From: Balanoglossus misakiensis
Lineage: Eukaryota; Animalia; Hemichordata
DNA length: 64,000 bases
Direction: 5' to 3'
NCBI GenBank assembly: GCA_040954595.2
Contig: CM082582.2
Coordinates: forward strand, 13,676,327 to 13,740,326
Below, piece by piece: positions 1 to 10,700 of this stretch; the first letter of the stretch is position 1; each line of letters starts with the position of its first letter. Both the position numbers and the translations under genes were made by a program. The notes under the pieces were generated by a model. That model saw nothing but the letters and a program-made list of their open reading frames with translations. It made no database searches and was not told the DNA's origin.

Positions 1-154
1 ATTGAGAGCACTTCACCAAGCAGTAAAAAACTGACTCCAAGAGGGTCTTCCATTCTCAGTCTCACTCTACCAGGAAAAGCTGACAACAGGGGAGAAATTG
101 AACCAATGTTGGTATGGATTGATTTCAAGGCACCTCAGAGAAACCTAGACCATG
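1..154 (+). CDS. CEP192: CEP192 exon (5'-truncated by window edge)
   Basis: Frame 1 open (IESTSPSSKK...PMLVWIDFKAPQRNLDH); donor GTAAGA at 155; phase 1 matches next exon. Confidence 0.8.
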
Positions 155-3100
155 GTAAGATTTGCAGAATTCATCAGATCGGTTGCATTGCTTTTTAAGC
201 TGCCATGACATTCTTTTGTGTACAAACAACCAAGAATTGTGCCCTCTTTGGTGGAACTCGAGTTGTTTCAAGTCTTCTGTTTTTGTGTGTATTTTACAGT
301 GACGGTATTAGGTAGTGCTGAGACAATCTCTTCAAGAATTGATGTGGAGTTAGACACACCAAATGCATCCAGCAACATTGCTAGTCGAGTGTTGCAATCA
401 ACTGTGGGCTGTGCAAGGTTGCATATACCGAAGGAATTGTTGAATAAGGTAAATATCTATTCCGTTCTCTTGAGGTACTTCTTTACAGTATGGTGCAAAA
501 TGATGTAAGGTACATGTCATACAACAGATGATTTTCATGACAATAAATATTAACTATTTCAGCCCCTGTTGTTATCGGCACCAGTCGGCAAAACAGCTAC
601 TCAGTTTCTGCCTGTCAAGAATGCTGGAAATCTGATTTTGACTGTGGAACTCAAAGTGACCAAAGCACAGGAATTCTACAGCGTAATTCCGTTATCCATG
701 ACACTCAAACCGAACGAAATGACGGATATTGTTGTGAAATTTACACCAGTAGATGCACCTGTAACCATTGACAGGTAATCTTAAACATTTATTGGATGCT
801 ATTGTACTAAACTTTTTAGTCTATTTGCAGTGAAAACCCCTCTCTCTTATGTGTTTGCCAAAAGGTTTGCCTAATTTGCAAAGTCTTTGCATATTCTGCC
901 GTATAGTGTACTCAACTTTACCTTCTGCTGTGGGTCTCTCAACTGAGTCCTTCCGCAAACATTTTCTCCATATTTTACAGTATGTTGTTAATGACAATTC
1001 AGCCAGATGGTCCAGAGTATGAAGTACAGTTGAAAGGTGAAGGGTCAACCCCAGGTCAGCCGACTACACACAGGGGTGTTCATGCTCTCGAGTTAGAACA
1101 GCCTGAAAAGAAAAATACTTTGTTGTGTAATAAACAGTTTGTTGCCTGGGGAGGAGTACCTGTTGGAAGAGCTTTGTAAGTAGAACTTAGTAGTTTTATG
1201 ACATGGAAGTTTGTGGAACATTGGACATAAAATAGCATGATAAACATTGCTGCATTGAAATTCAGATGAAAAGAGTACCTTAGGTAACTCATTCAAAATG
1301 ATATCTTAGTCTTTAGGTTTTGTTTCATACACAGACAACAAAGAGTCGTTCTAAGAAATGACTCACGAACTGACATGTTCAAGTTAAAAGTCTCAATCAA
1401 GGCCGAACATAGCGACTTCCAGGTAAGATTGCTGACACGTTGTTTTGGTAGAAAGAACTGATAATTGGAAAGTTTGTCAGGTTTGTTGGCTGAATTAGCC
1501 AGAAGGCACTAAAAAAATACTAAAATCAGCGGTTTTCACATACAGAGCTACATTTTTATCTTCTTCACAGCTTCAGAGTTCCTTTGGAGGGGAAGAAAAC
1601 TTGGCTGACAACAGAGAAGTCATTCTGAAACCTCTGGAAGATTTCCCAGTACACATCTTATTTGCACCCACAAGTGTGACGTGTAGACAAGCCAAGCTGA
1701 TAATGAGACCCAAGAATGGTGGTATGAAATATGTGGTGAGTGGAGGACGATATCACCTCTGGTTCTTATTTTGATGATGGTATAAGGAGCATGTTTAACT
1801 CTTCTTTGAAACACCCCCTCCCCAAGGAGCATCGTTCTGTGCCAAATTTGACTGATTTTACTTTTTCCAGATCCCACTGACTGGCTATGGTGGCATCAGT
1901 AACTTGATTATTCAGGAGTTAGACACCATGGGCAGCACATATGTATCTAACCTGGGAACACTCAGCGAAGGGGAACATAAGGTCACTCAGGTCAAAGTTC
2001 AAAACACAGGACCCAGGGCTGCTTTTGTCAAAGCTATAGCCTTTGAAGGTTGGTAGGCTCACTTACTGGTCTAAATATGTAGAGAGTACTATGATAACCA
2101 AGTAAAATACAATTCTCAACACAACACAGCACAGAACAGAACAACTTGATTAATCTCTGTAATCTTGCTTGTACTCTTACAGATCAGGTTGCAAAGACCA
2201 AATTATCCAAGTCGGTACTGATCATAGAACCCAGTGAGTTTGTGGTTCCAGCCAAGAATAAAGGCACAGTGACTGTAACATTGGTGTTGAATACGACTGA
2301 CAGAGAGTCTTCCATATGTCTGACCAAATCCAGCGTGGTTGCGTCTGTTGGATTCTTCTATGGTGATGAAATTACAAGACAGCAGTACAGAAGGTGATTA
2401 GACAGATGTGTAGAATTCAGAAGTGGCTCCACCTTTTGTTGTCAGGGTTGAAAGTCCTGGGAAGTGAAATCTACTATTACTCAATCACTCCAGGAGTGTT
2501 TCATGATCTTACTGATTTTTGTGTCCTTTTTGTATCATTTTTTATTATCACAAGAGTCTACAAGAAATCCAGCTGTAAAGATGTCAAGCTATCAGAGAGT
2601 AACCCATTGAAAGGCGTTCATTTTGATGTACCGTACATGGGAGAGGATTACGTCTATGAAGGTGAGATTACAATCTTTTCACTATTTAGACCAACCAGCT
2701 TGCAACTCAATATTGATCACGGTAAATTGGTATTGAAAAAACCTGTGTAAATACATGTAGCCCTTGAAGATTTATTTAATTAAAATAACTTCAACCATAC
2801 TCCTTCCTTTACAGTGAATGAACTGCCTCCACGACCCAACGATGTTCAGCTTTTCTTTTCCTGCATGTCCCGCATGATGCTGGCATTGGTGGGAAATTCC
2901 GGCAGGGAAGCCATGGAAGCGGATGCAACCTGTATGTCAGTTGTGCCGGAATTGATTCCACACATGGATCAAACCATGTTACCAACAACCAAGGAGAGGT
3001 GAGGTGTATGTGTTGTTTGTTTCATGCAGAATTGTTCATGTCAACCAGGGGAGTGGATTAGGGAGGCTTAGTGCTGAGTAAATTCCTTTTAGGAGAAATA

Positions 3101-5559
3101 ACTTTCTACCACAACATAGTAACACTGTACTTTTCATTCATTCACAGATCTGCTGTGATGTCCCATGTGATGCATACACCGCCCACTAGAGGGAGCAGTG
3201 TGTCAGAGACCAACACAGCCTTGTCTACAGGAACCATCAAATCAAGCGGTGAAGTCCACCAGGAACAGAGTGGGGAACCTACTCATTGGGAAGTCACACC
3301 ACAGTTCATTATGCTGTCTGCAACCTCAGATCTGCAGGGCACTATCTCTAAATCTAGACTCCAACTTGTCAATTATACAGATAGAAAACTCAGGTAAGTT
3401 TTCGACAAATCAGGAATGTACTTCAAAAATCTGGTGCTGGCATATATTGTGCACTAAAGATACTTGTTCCTGTTGCTGAATTTGACATCACACATTGCAT
3501 GTTTTTATACAGAATGATGATATCTTCTAAATGCTTCTTGTTACAGTTTTGAAATGAATTGGCCCGGTCACTGCTTGACAGTATCTCCTCAGAATGGTTG
3601 CGTTGATGCCAGGAGTTTGTTGTTGATCTACGTCAGTTCTAATCCATCCATTATATCCAAGGGTATCCAGTTACCATGGCGAGGATCCTTGTTCATCACG
3701 TGTGATGGTGTTAGTAAGGTAAAAGTTGGTTTTCTGAAACTTGGTAGTGTCTGAACCTGACCAATCAAAAACACTAGAGTACTCGATATGGTATACCTCT
3801 TTCCTGACAGCCAAGCTTAAATTCTAACTTGCTTCTGCAGCACACTCGTTTTCTCACAGAGTGTTTCTTTCTCTCGCTTCAGGAAATCAAGGTTCAGATT
3901 CGATCAGACTTAGCCATGGACACCTCCCTCCAACCAGCACCACAGAGAGAACTGCAGATGTTAAAACCTAACATGTTAGCAACGCCTGGTGTTCCAATTC
4001 CACAACCCAGTGGAGGATATCCTCCCGCCATCAAAGTGTTGGCTAAACGACTAGAATTTCCTGTCACAAGGACCGGTGAATCGACTGGTAATCAATGCTC
4101 TCTTTCTCTCTGACCTCTGAGATTGTAACCTTGCATGCCTTGCCTAAGATTTCAGATTGATTTCTTGGAGGATGTGCCTAATATTCATGTACATTCAAAA
4201 TCCCAAAAGATGCATTAAAACCATGCTGTAATTTTCATTGCAGAAACCAACATAGAATTTGAGAGCACATCAAATGATCTGCTGCGGTGGGGCTTGTCAT
4301 CCATTGCACCAGCCTATGTGAAACAGAACAACAAGGATGTCTATAGGGCTACATACACCGCTTTCAGGTTTGCTAAGCAGGCAGGTACTATAGCACCTGG
4401 ACAAACTGTTAAGGTAAGCTGTGTTTGTGTGTCTGTCTGTGTGTTGCAGCAAGGTCTGAAGAACTTGACACTGAATTGATTTGTGACGTGTTCATTCTTT
4501 CACAGATTCCAGTCTCATTTCTTCCCAGAGATGTTGGCAGTTATGCTCAGTATTGGGAACTTGAGGTAAGATTGATTGTATCATTAACTGATTTGGAGGC
4601 AAAACCTACAAGCATAAAGAACAGATCTCTCTCTTATCAGCAGCTACCAGTTTAACCGGTGATGTAATAAATTCTTTTTTCTTTTTTCCAGGTCAACTCC
4701 ATTGAATCTGTATCCTTCAAAGTACAACAGACGAAAATCGAAGTTGCTGGAGAGAGTGTGAAAGCGGCATCTGCAGCCACCAAGACGCATCGTAGAGGAC
4801 CCTTAGCACCGGGTGTTTTGGTCAAGAAAGATACACTGCCACCAACAACAGCACCATCATCAGCAACAGCATCTCTCCCTCCAGCTGCAACCAGTGCGAG
4901 TGACAGTGGTTATGTCAGTAAAAGTACTTTGTCAAAATCCAAGTAAGTTCTTCATTCATACAGAAGGATCCACATTTTTGACACTGATGAATTTGTGGTG
5001 CATGATGACTGTTTATCAAAGATCTTTCTTGAGATTGAAACTGGGTGGCTATAGTGTTCATGGACATATTTATGAAGGAAATAACCAAGATTTGGTTTGA
5101 TTTTTGTCAGAATTTCAGACATTCCAACAGAGAGTACATCCTATCTTGGTGTGGTGCTGCCTAAACAGTCCCTGGAATTTCCAACCACAGAAGCCGGCAA
5201 AGTCTCGAAACTTAAATTTCCCATTAAAAATGAAGGCACAATTCCTCACACGGTAAGTCTTATCTCTGATGTCATTTTCATTATCCCTGAATAGGTTCTT
5301 CGAGATTTACAGTGATTTTTTTAATTTTCACCCCCAAGATTTTAATTTTGTTCTATTTTTTCTCTCACAGCTGAACTTTGTGAATCCCCGCCCACCGTTT
5401 TACATCAACCACCACAGCTACTTGATGAAGCCCAGGCATTATGTTAGTTTACCCATCAGCTTCAAGCCAGACATGCCTGGCAAGTATGAGTCTATGCTAG
5501 TTATTGCTACAGATGTTGAACATAGTCTGGTTGCCAAGCTCTATGGTGAGTGCGTCTAG
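1..5559 (+). CDS. CEP192: Centrosomal protein 192 (Spd-2 homologue), 3' part; 5' end lies upstream of the window. Exons: <1-154, 300-448, 563-774, 981-1175, 1335-1422, 1571-1735, 1871-2048, 2183-2393, 2555-2661, 2815-2998, 3148-3393, 3547-3718, 3883-4087, 4244-4413, 4506-4565, 4692-4942, 5111-5252, 5371-5559
   Basis: Manual splicing at GT-AG sites gives 3078 nt in one open frame ending at TAG 5557-5559, with all 17 intron phases matching. Peptides such as IPLTGYGGISNL..., VQNTGPRAAFVKA, FYGDEITRQQYRR, WPGHCLTVSPQNG, LSSIAPAYVK...VYRATYTAF, FLPRDVGSYAQYWELE and PPFYINHHSYLMKPRHYVSLPISFKP resemble the Spd-2/ASH-like domains of vertebrate CEP192 (recognised from memory). Confidence 0.93.
300..448 (+). 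CDS. CEP192: CEP192 exon
   Basis: Acceptor TTTTACAG, donor GTAAAT; encodes VTVLGSAETISSRIDVELD...VGCARLHIPKELLNK. Confidence 0.88.
563..774 (+). CDS. CEP192: CEP192 exon
   Basis: Acceptor TATTTCAG, donor GTAATC; ASH-like LPVKNAGNL...IVVKFTP. Confidence 0.9.
981..1175 (+). CDS. CEP192: CEP192 exon
   Basis: Acceptor TTTTACAG, donor GTAAGT; QPDGPEYEVQLKGEG...LLCNKQFVAWGGVPVGRA. Confidence 0.9.
1335..1422 (+). CDS. CEP192: CEP192 exon (not in ORF track)
   Basis: Acceptor ACACAG, donor GTAAGA; QQRVVLRNDSRTDMFKLKVSIKAEHSDFQ; phases 2/0 fit neighbours. Confidence 0.88.
1571..1735 (+). CDS. CEP192: CEP192 exon (not in ORF track)
   Basis: Acceptor TTCTTCACAG, donor GTGAGT; LQSSFGGEENLADNREVILKPLEDFPVHILFAPTSV... 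Confidence 0.88.
1871..2048 (+). CDS. CEP192: CEP192 exon, Spd-2 domain core (not in ORF track)
   Basis: Acceptor TTTTTCCAG, donor GTTGGT; IPLTGYGGISNLII...VKVQNTGPRAAFVKAIAFE, the most diagnostic CEP192 segment. Confidence 0.92.
2183..2393 (+). CDS. CEP192: CEP192 exon
   Basis: Acceptor CTCTTACAG, donor GTGATT; ...IIEPSEFVV...FFYGDEITRQQYRR. Confidence 0.9.
2555..2661 (+). CDS. CEP192: CEP192 exon
   Basis: Weaker AAG acceptor after a T-rich tract, donor GTGAGA; VYKKSSCKDVKLSESNPLKGVHFDVPYMGEDYVYE; phases fit. Confidence 0.8.
2815..2998 (+). CDS. CEP192: CEP192 exon
   Basis: Acceptor CCTTTACAG, donor GTGAGG; NELPPRPNDVQLFFSCMSRMMLALVG. Confidence 0.9.
3148..3393 (+). CDS. CEP192: CEP192 exon
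   Basis: Acceptor ATTCACAG, donor GTAAGT; ...HWEVTPQFIMLSA...LQLVNYTDRKL. Confidence 0.88.
3547..3718 (+). CDS. CEP192: CEP192 exon
   Basis: Acceptor TTGTTACAG, donor GTAAAA; FEMNWPGHCLTVSPQNG...LPWRGSLFITCDG. Confidence 0.9.
3883..4087 (+). CDS. CEP192: CEP192 exon
   Basis: Acceptor CTCGCTTCAG, donor GTAATC; EIKVQIRSD...LEFPVTRTGEST. Confidence 0.88.
4244..4413 (+). CDS. CEP192: CEP192 exon
   Basis: Acceptor TTCATTGCAG, donor GTAAGC; LRWGLSSIAPAYVKQNNKDVYRATYTAFRF. Confidence 0.9.
4506..4565 (+). CDS. CEP192: CEP192 exon
   Basis: Acceptor TTTCACAG, donor GTAAGA; IPVSFLPRDVGSYAQYWELE. Confidence 0.9.
4692..4942 (+). CDS. CEP192: CEP192 exon
   Basis: Acceptor TTTTTTCCAG, donor GTAAGT; includes an S/T/A/P-rich linker. 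Confidence 0.85.
5111..5252 (+). CDS. CEP192: CEP192 exon
   Basis: Acceptor TTTTTGTCAG, donor GTAAGT; ...LEFPTTEAGKVSKLKFPIKNEG. Confidence 0.88.
5371..5559 (+). CDS. CEP192: CEP192 last coding exon
   Basis: Acceptor TCTCTCACAG; LNFVNPRPPFYINHHSYLMKPRHYVSLPISFKP...LYGECV then stop. Confidence 0.92.
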   Translation: MNFVNPRPPFYINHHSYLMKPRHYVSLPISFKPDMPGKYESMLVIATDVEHSLVAKLYGECV

Positions 5560-7702
5560 AAAAAAGCTACAGTAGCCATGGTGGTCGCAAAACTCTCAAA
5601 GTTACCATTTTACGCCCACACTTGTTCAACTCGGATTGGAAGCTAACGTGGAGATGTGCTGATATTCATGTAAAAATGAATTCATATGCAGGTAATCCTT
5701 TAAACAGTTGTGACTCATGATTGACATGAGAATATGAAGATTGACATGTGGAAAACATGTGAACTTATATCTATATAGTGTCTATGACGTGTGTACTTAC
5801 ACAGTGTGTTTATATAAAATGAAATCATTGTATACTCATTCTGTTCAAATATGAGTATAAACAGTACTTCTCAAGAATGCCTATTTATTATTTAACACCA
5901 GGGTAAAAAGCAGATAGCTACAGCAGAATGCTTTAGAGCGTGCAACTTATTGATGTTTATAATTTGTGAGTGTCTGTATTTTTTTCATAAATTTATTTGT
6001 AATGTTTGGAGAGGCAGGCAGATTGTGGGTTTGGGTTTTCTGAGCACGATGTACAACTCATCTTATACGAAATAGTGTGTATCATGCATTTTCAGCCATT
6101 GTCACAATTCTTACACTTTTCTGTGATTATGCGATGGGAGTGTGAAGTAGGCCTTCATTTTCAATATTTTATACCTGCATAGAAGATTCACTACAGAACA
6201 ACTGATATTATGTATGAATAAAATGAACTCTGTAAAATTCAAACATACAAGAAAAGTATATGGAAGAGTTTTGTGGTGTTCTTCAGAGGGATCCATGAAT
6301 GAATTATACAAGTGTGATATTTGAAACTGTATAAATGTAATATGTCCTTTATTTTTTGATGAGTACATTATGAATGAATCTTTCTAACACCTGGGTGTAA
6401 TTTTTCATCAAAAGGTAGTCTTGAAGACAGAGATAGGTGCTGCTGTATAGAAGCTATGCAAACAGAATACTGTATTTTCAGTTTAGGACAGACATTGCAG
6501 TATTTTTGTAAGTTGTATTTATGCTTTAGAATCTTTCCTGAGTATACTGTCACTGATATTTGTTGTTATTTGATCAAAAATTTTTGTTGCTAACGATACA
6601 TGCACAGGTAAACACACTTTATAGGATAGGGTGCCTGGTGCTGACTTTGTTAGGGGGGCTCTTTTCCTTTCTGTATGGATATGGCCATTGAGGGCGCTTT
6701 CAAAATGGGGACTGAGCTGAATATATGAACCAGACATTGTATCATAAGCCAGGACGACTGAAATTAAAGGTTTGTTTATCAAATTAGTCCATTAAGATAT
6801 TTTTTAGGCAACACAAATATTACATGTTAATTTTGGGACAGGTTTATAGGATAAAACAACCACTTTTCACATATATTTTATTTCCAATGAGAGTACACAT
6901 CCAAGTTTGTTTAGTTATCACATGTTGTTGGGAAATGATGTCAATATTTCATTGCCAGAATACAGATTATTGTCTCAGATAGGGAAATTACCACACATTA
7001 GTGTAAGCACTTTTGTTTTTGTGTTTCTGATCAAGATTAGGCTCTCATGTGACATTTTCGTCTGGCAACTAATTTATCAACCGATTCGGTTGCTACCATT
7101 AGATCAATCATTTGGTTTGTAATCTATGAGTCACATCACCAGTAGAGAAATTTCAATTTTGTTCAGAGACATGTTAGGCATACCAACATGCTCTGTGTTT
7201 CTCTCACAAACAGACTGACTGACCCCTGGGCAAGGCTTTACTTGTCCCAGTGTCATTCTCCATGCAACCAATGAACTCCCTTTACTAGATTTGGAAGGGC
7301 GCCTTCAATGTATTGAGACATCTTTTTTGAGCCTTTTGTTTTTGCCATACACCCATCACAAATTACTAAAATGGGAAATCTGTAATACACTGTATTTCAA
7401 ATGTTAACAATGTTCTCTTTGTAATTTGCTTAATATTTACCATTTTCTGAATATTTACTATAAAAAAGAGAATATCAAGCTGTAAGATAAATAATAGTGC
7501 CAATCTGATTGCCAAAATGAAGTTCTATATAAAATTAAAGTTGTACATATGGATGTTAATTTATGGTGCGTACACTGTTAGATTTAATTCCCTTGTCTAG
7601 AATTTTGAAGTGATATTTCATGAACATGAATTTGTCTATTTTTTGAAATTTACACTGCTGAGCAAACTTTGCAAATCTACATGTAAATTGATGATGATTA
7701 TG

Positions 7703-7760
7703 AATAAAATTTGATGAAACTTTTGAACTCTACATTATTTTATTTTTGTTTTTTTGATAT
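7703..7760 (+). terminator. Candidate CEP192 polyadenylation signal with downstream U-rich element
   Basis: AATAAA at 7703-7708 followed about 30 nt later by a long T-rich run. An alternative AATAAA lies at 6217-6222. Confidence 0.4.
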
Positions 7761-10700
7761 TATAGTAATTGTCTGTCCTCTGCTTGCAAGTGTAAAGCAG
7801 ACGTTAGGTACCCACCAATCCAGCAAAATCCCCAAATAACTTTTAGTTCCCTGAAGTAGCAACTCTGATGTGTGCTTTTTTTAACAGTTATCAGGATTCT
7901 GATAAAGGAAGTCTGATGCGGGAATATCAAGTGATTTATGCCGGAACAGTATAGATTGACTCGGCCGACAAAAAAGGTAAATGACGTGACTCCTCCACGC
8001 CCAGAAAAGTAGGTTGTCTGATTGATTCCCGGAATTGTAATACATGTACATGTACCGTCAAAGTATATCACAAGGGCTTGTGTATCCGTGTTGTGTGTGC
8101 GTGCATCTGTCTGTCTGAGTATATGTGCATTTGCCATTTTTGGTCAAATCATTAACTGCAAAAGGGTTGGACAGACAGCTTTCATAGTTGGTGTGTTTGT
8201 ATGTGTGTATGTCTCAACAATAGCTTACATGACTGCTGAAAGAATTTATCGTTATTTTTAAAGTACCATTTCTACTTTGGTACCACACAGGGAAATCTAT
8301 CCACCCATGTTGACATCACATTATTAAGGGATAAAAAAAGAGATCAGTTACGATGCTAATTATAGAGAGGGGCTGTGTTCATTGGTCAGTGGTTGTAACC
8401 AAGACAACACAATATGGTTGCCATGGTAGCCAGACATACTGCAGACAGTCCACCTCAGGCTGCTGTGTTTACAGCCCTCTTCAACTCAAACTGCTGTCTT
8501 GCAAACACTGCGCCCGAAATGATAAATGACACCAAAACTGGGGCAGGGGTCAGTGAATACCTTGTGGGCAGGTTTGGTGAGATAAACTGCAAAAAATGTG
8601 GTCAAGAGTACAATATATTAGTGTATAGGTCGATGTTACTTTCTGTCTTTTGAATCTCTCTGTTAATCAATAACCAAAAATCTTGAGTGAAGTTTTGATA
8701 GAATCATGAGAATGAAACACCCGGTTTTGTCATGCCGTATCAGGCTGTAAAAATATCAGATTCAATGCTTTGGTCCTTATAGCCATTTCTTTCCAGACAA
8801 AATTCACTGATCCATAAAAAGCTAATAAATGCTATCATTATAACTCATTTTATTTATTGCAATAAAGTTATATGTTTCTAATTGAATTTGACATAGATAT
8901 CTTCTGATCTGTGTCAAAGTTGTTGAAGTTGAAAGAGTTCCCAGCAACCTCTTTTCCATGATCCTTTCAACAAGTGTTATTATCACACTCTCCAATAGCA
9001 AATTCTTCAACATTATGGCCTGGTCCTATTCAGCCATTTTTGGGTTGTTCATCCGCTTGGAGTTCGGCTGTCATCAGATGCAAACCTTGGAGTTTGTCCA
9101 CAATTTTGATTTACCGTAACATTAGTCCCTTCTACCAGGTCAATACTTTAAGAAACATTATTGAAGCTATTTAGCGTGACTGATTTCATTCAACCATCTT
9201 TTCCGACAATGTTTTCTGATTTGAGAGAGGACATAACGTCATTGACAATGACTTTTTTGCAGTGTTTTGACTGTAATGTGATCCAGTTTGGAAGTTTGTA
9301 CCTCTTTGTAGTGAAGACAGACTTCTTGTATGGCCTGATCTTTGATAGCATCTTTTATTGGTTGAAAGTGATCACATGATTGACACAGCCACTGAGTGAT
9401 ACTGCCAGGTATTTCACTGTGCACTGATTGGTTGAAAGTGGTCAGCTGGTTAATAACCACAGAGTGATTCTCGCAGGCCAGTCCACCGAGCAAAAATTAC
9501 TTTCAGTGTTTAAAGTTGGAAGGCTCATTCACAGTAATTGTGCTTGAAATCATACACCAGTGATTATAATAGTTTTGATGTTGATTTCAAAACTGAAATA
9601 ACACCTAGTCAGAACTAAGGCAAGTGGTGTAACATCAGCCTATGAATTGCATGTTATCTTGATGAATCCTTTGAGCCGGTTCAATAAGAAGATCCTATGA
9701 GTCTCATTAAACTATTTTACATATGAGTACTTCCATTATCATCCAAGCTGGTATAACCATGACAATTTAGAAAGATGTCTCCATGACTACATCATGGCAG
9801 CAGAAAGCATCTACATTTACATTTTTAAAACCTTCTGTGTTAAGTGAAAATATCACTTTGGCCTTAAATATGACCGATAAAGAGATTGTTTTGAAACTCA
9901 AAATGAGTGAACTTTTCTCCAATGACTGGTGACATGACCATACCATCCCACATCATCCAGACAGTATGTGTTTTTCTGAGAGTATATGATCCGAGACTTT
10001 GGGTGACAAAATGTAGGACTCAGACAATTGTAAGTGAAGCTGTCACTGACATATAGAGTCTTTTATGCCAAGAAATAAGCTTTTGAATTCACACCATTGC
10101 AGTGTATATGCACTGAAAGGCACATCCTTGAACTAAAGTCAATACCTGTGAGTTCACTGACCTCGATAAGGTCACAAGGTCAATAACCGGGAAAGACACC
10201 AGACAGTCCCTCATTAAAAACCCATATTGCTTTCAAACGCAGGTCAAGTTTCATCACATTATAACAGTCACGGAGCTGTCACTGACAGGAACAGACTGCT
10301 CAGAAGGATCTTATTAATTAGTGTTGAGAGAAAGAAAGATATCAGATGGATGTATGAAACCCTTACTTTTTGGGAGGAGCCAGCATTTGATACAGCCTGT
10401 TCTTCTTTGCTGGAATACACATCTATTTTTTACAGTTGAGAGAAATTAATAACCAGAGACATGCACACTGTGGTACCGTTGCATAGTTACAAACCACTGA
10501 TGGACTGCTTGGTGCTCACAGTGTCATACTGGCGTAGTTGTCCCCCATGTTGTCGAACTCCTTGTTGCCATGGAGACCAGTGAACTCCTCAACTGCTGAA
10601 TTGAGTACATTCACCCCAAATGAGAAATCTTAGCTTTCATGGACTAACAATGGATTGCCTCTGATATTTATTTTGCCTTCAACAGCGCAAGGCCTCCACA

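Noticed and set aside
821-5100. Antisense or alternative-frame ORFs over CEP192 (821-1048, 1080-1292, 1093-1296, 1620-1877, 3198-3479, 4813-5100)
   Set aside because: Shadows of the true CEP192 exons; no independent splice or homology support.
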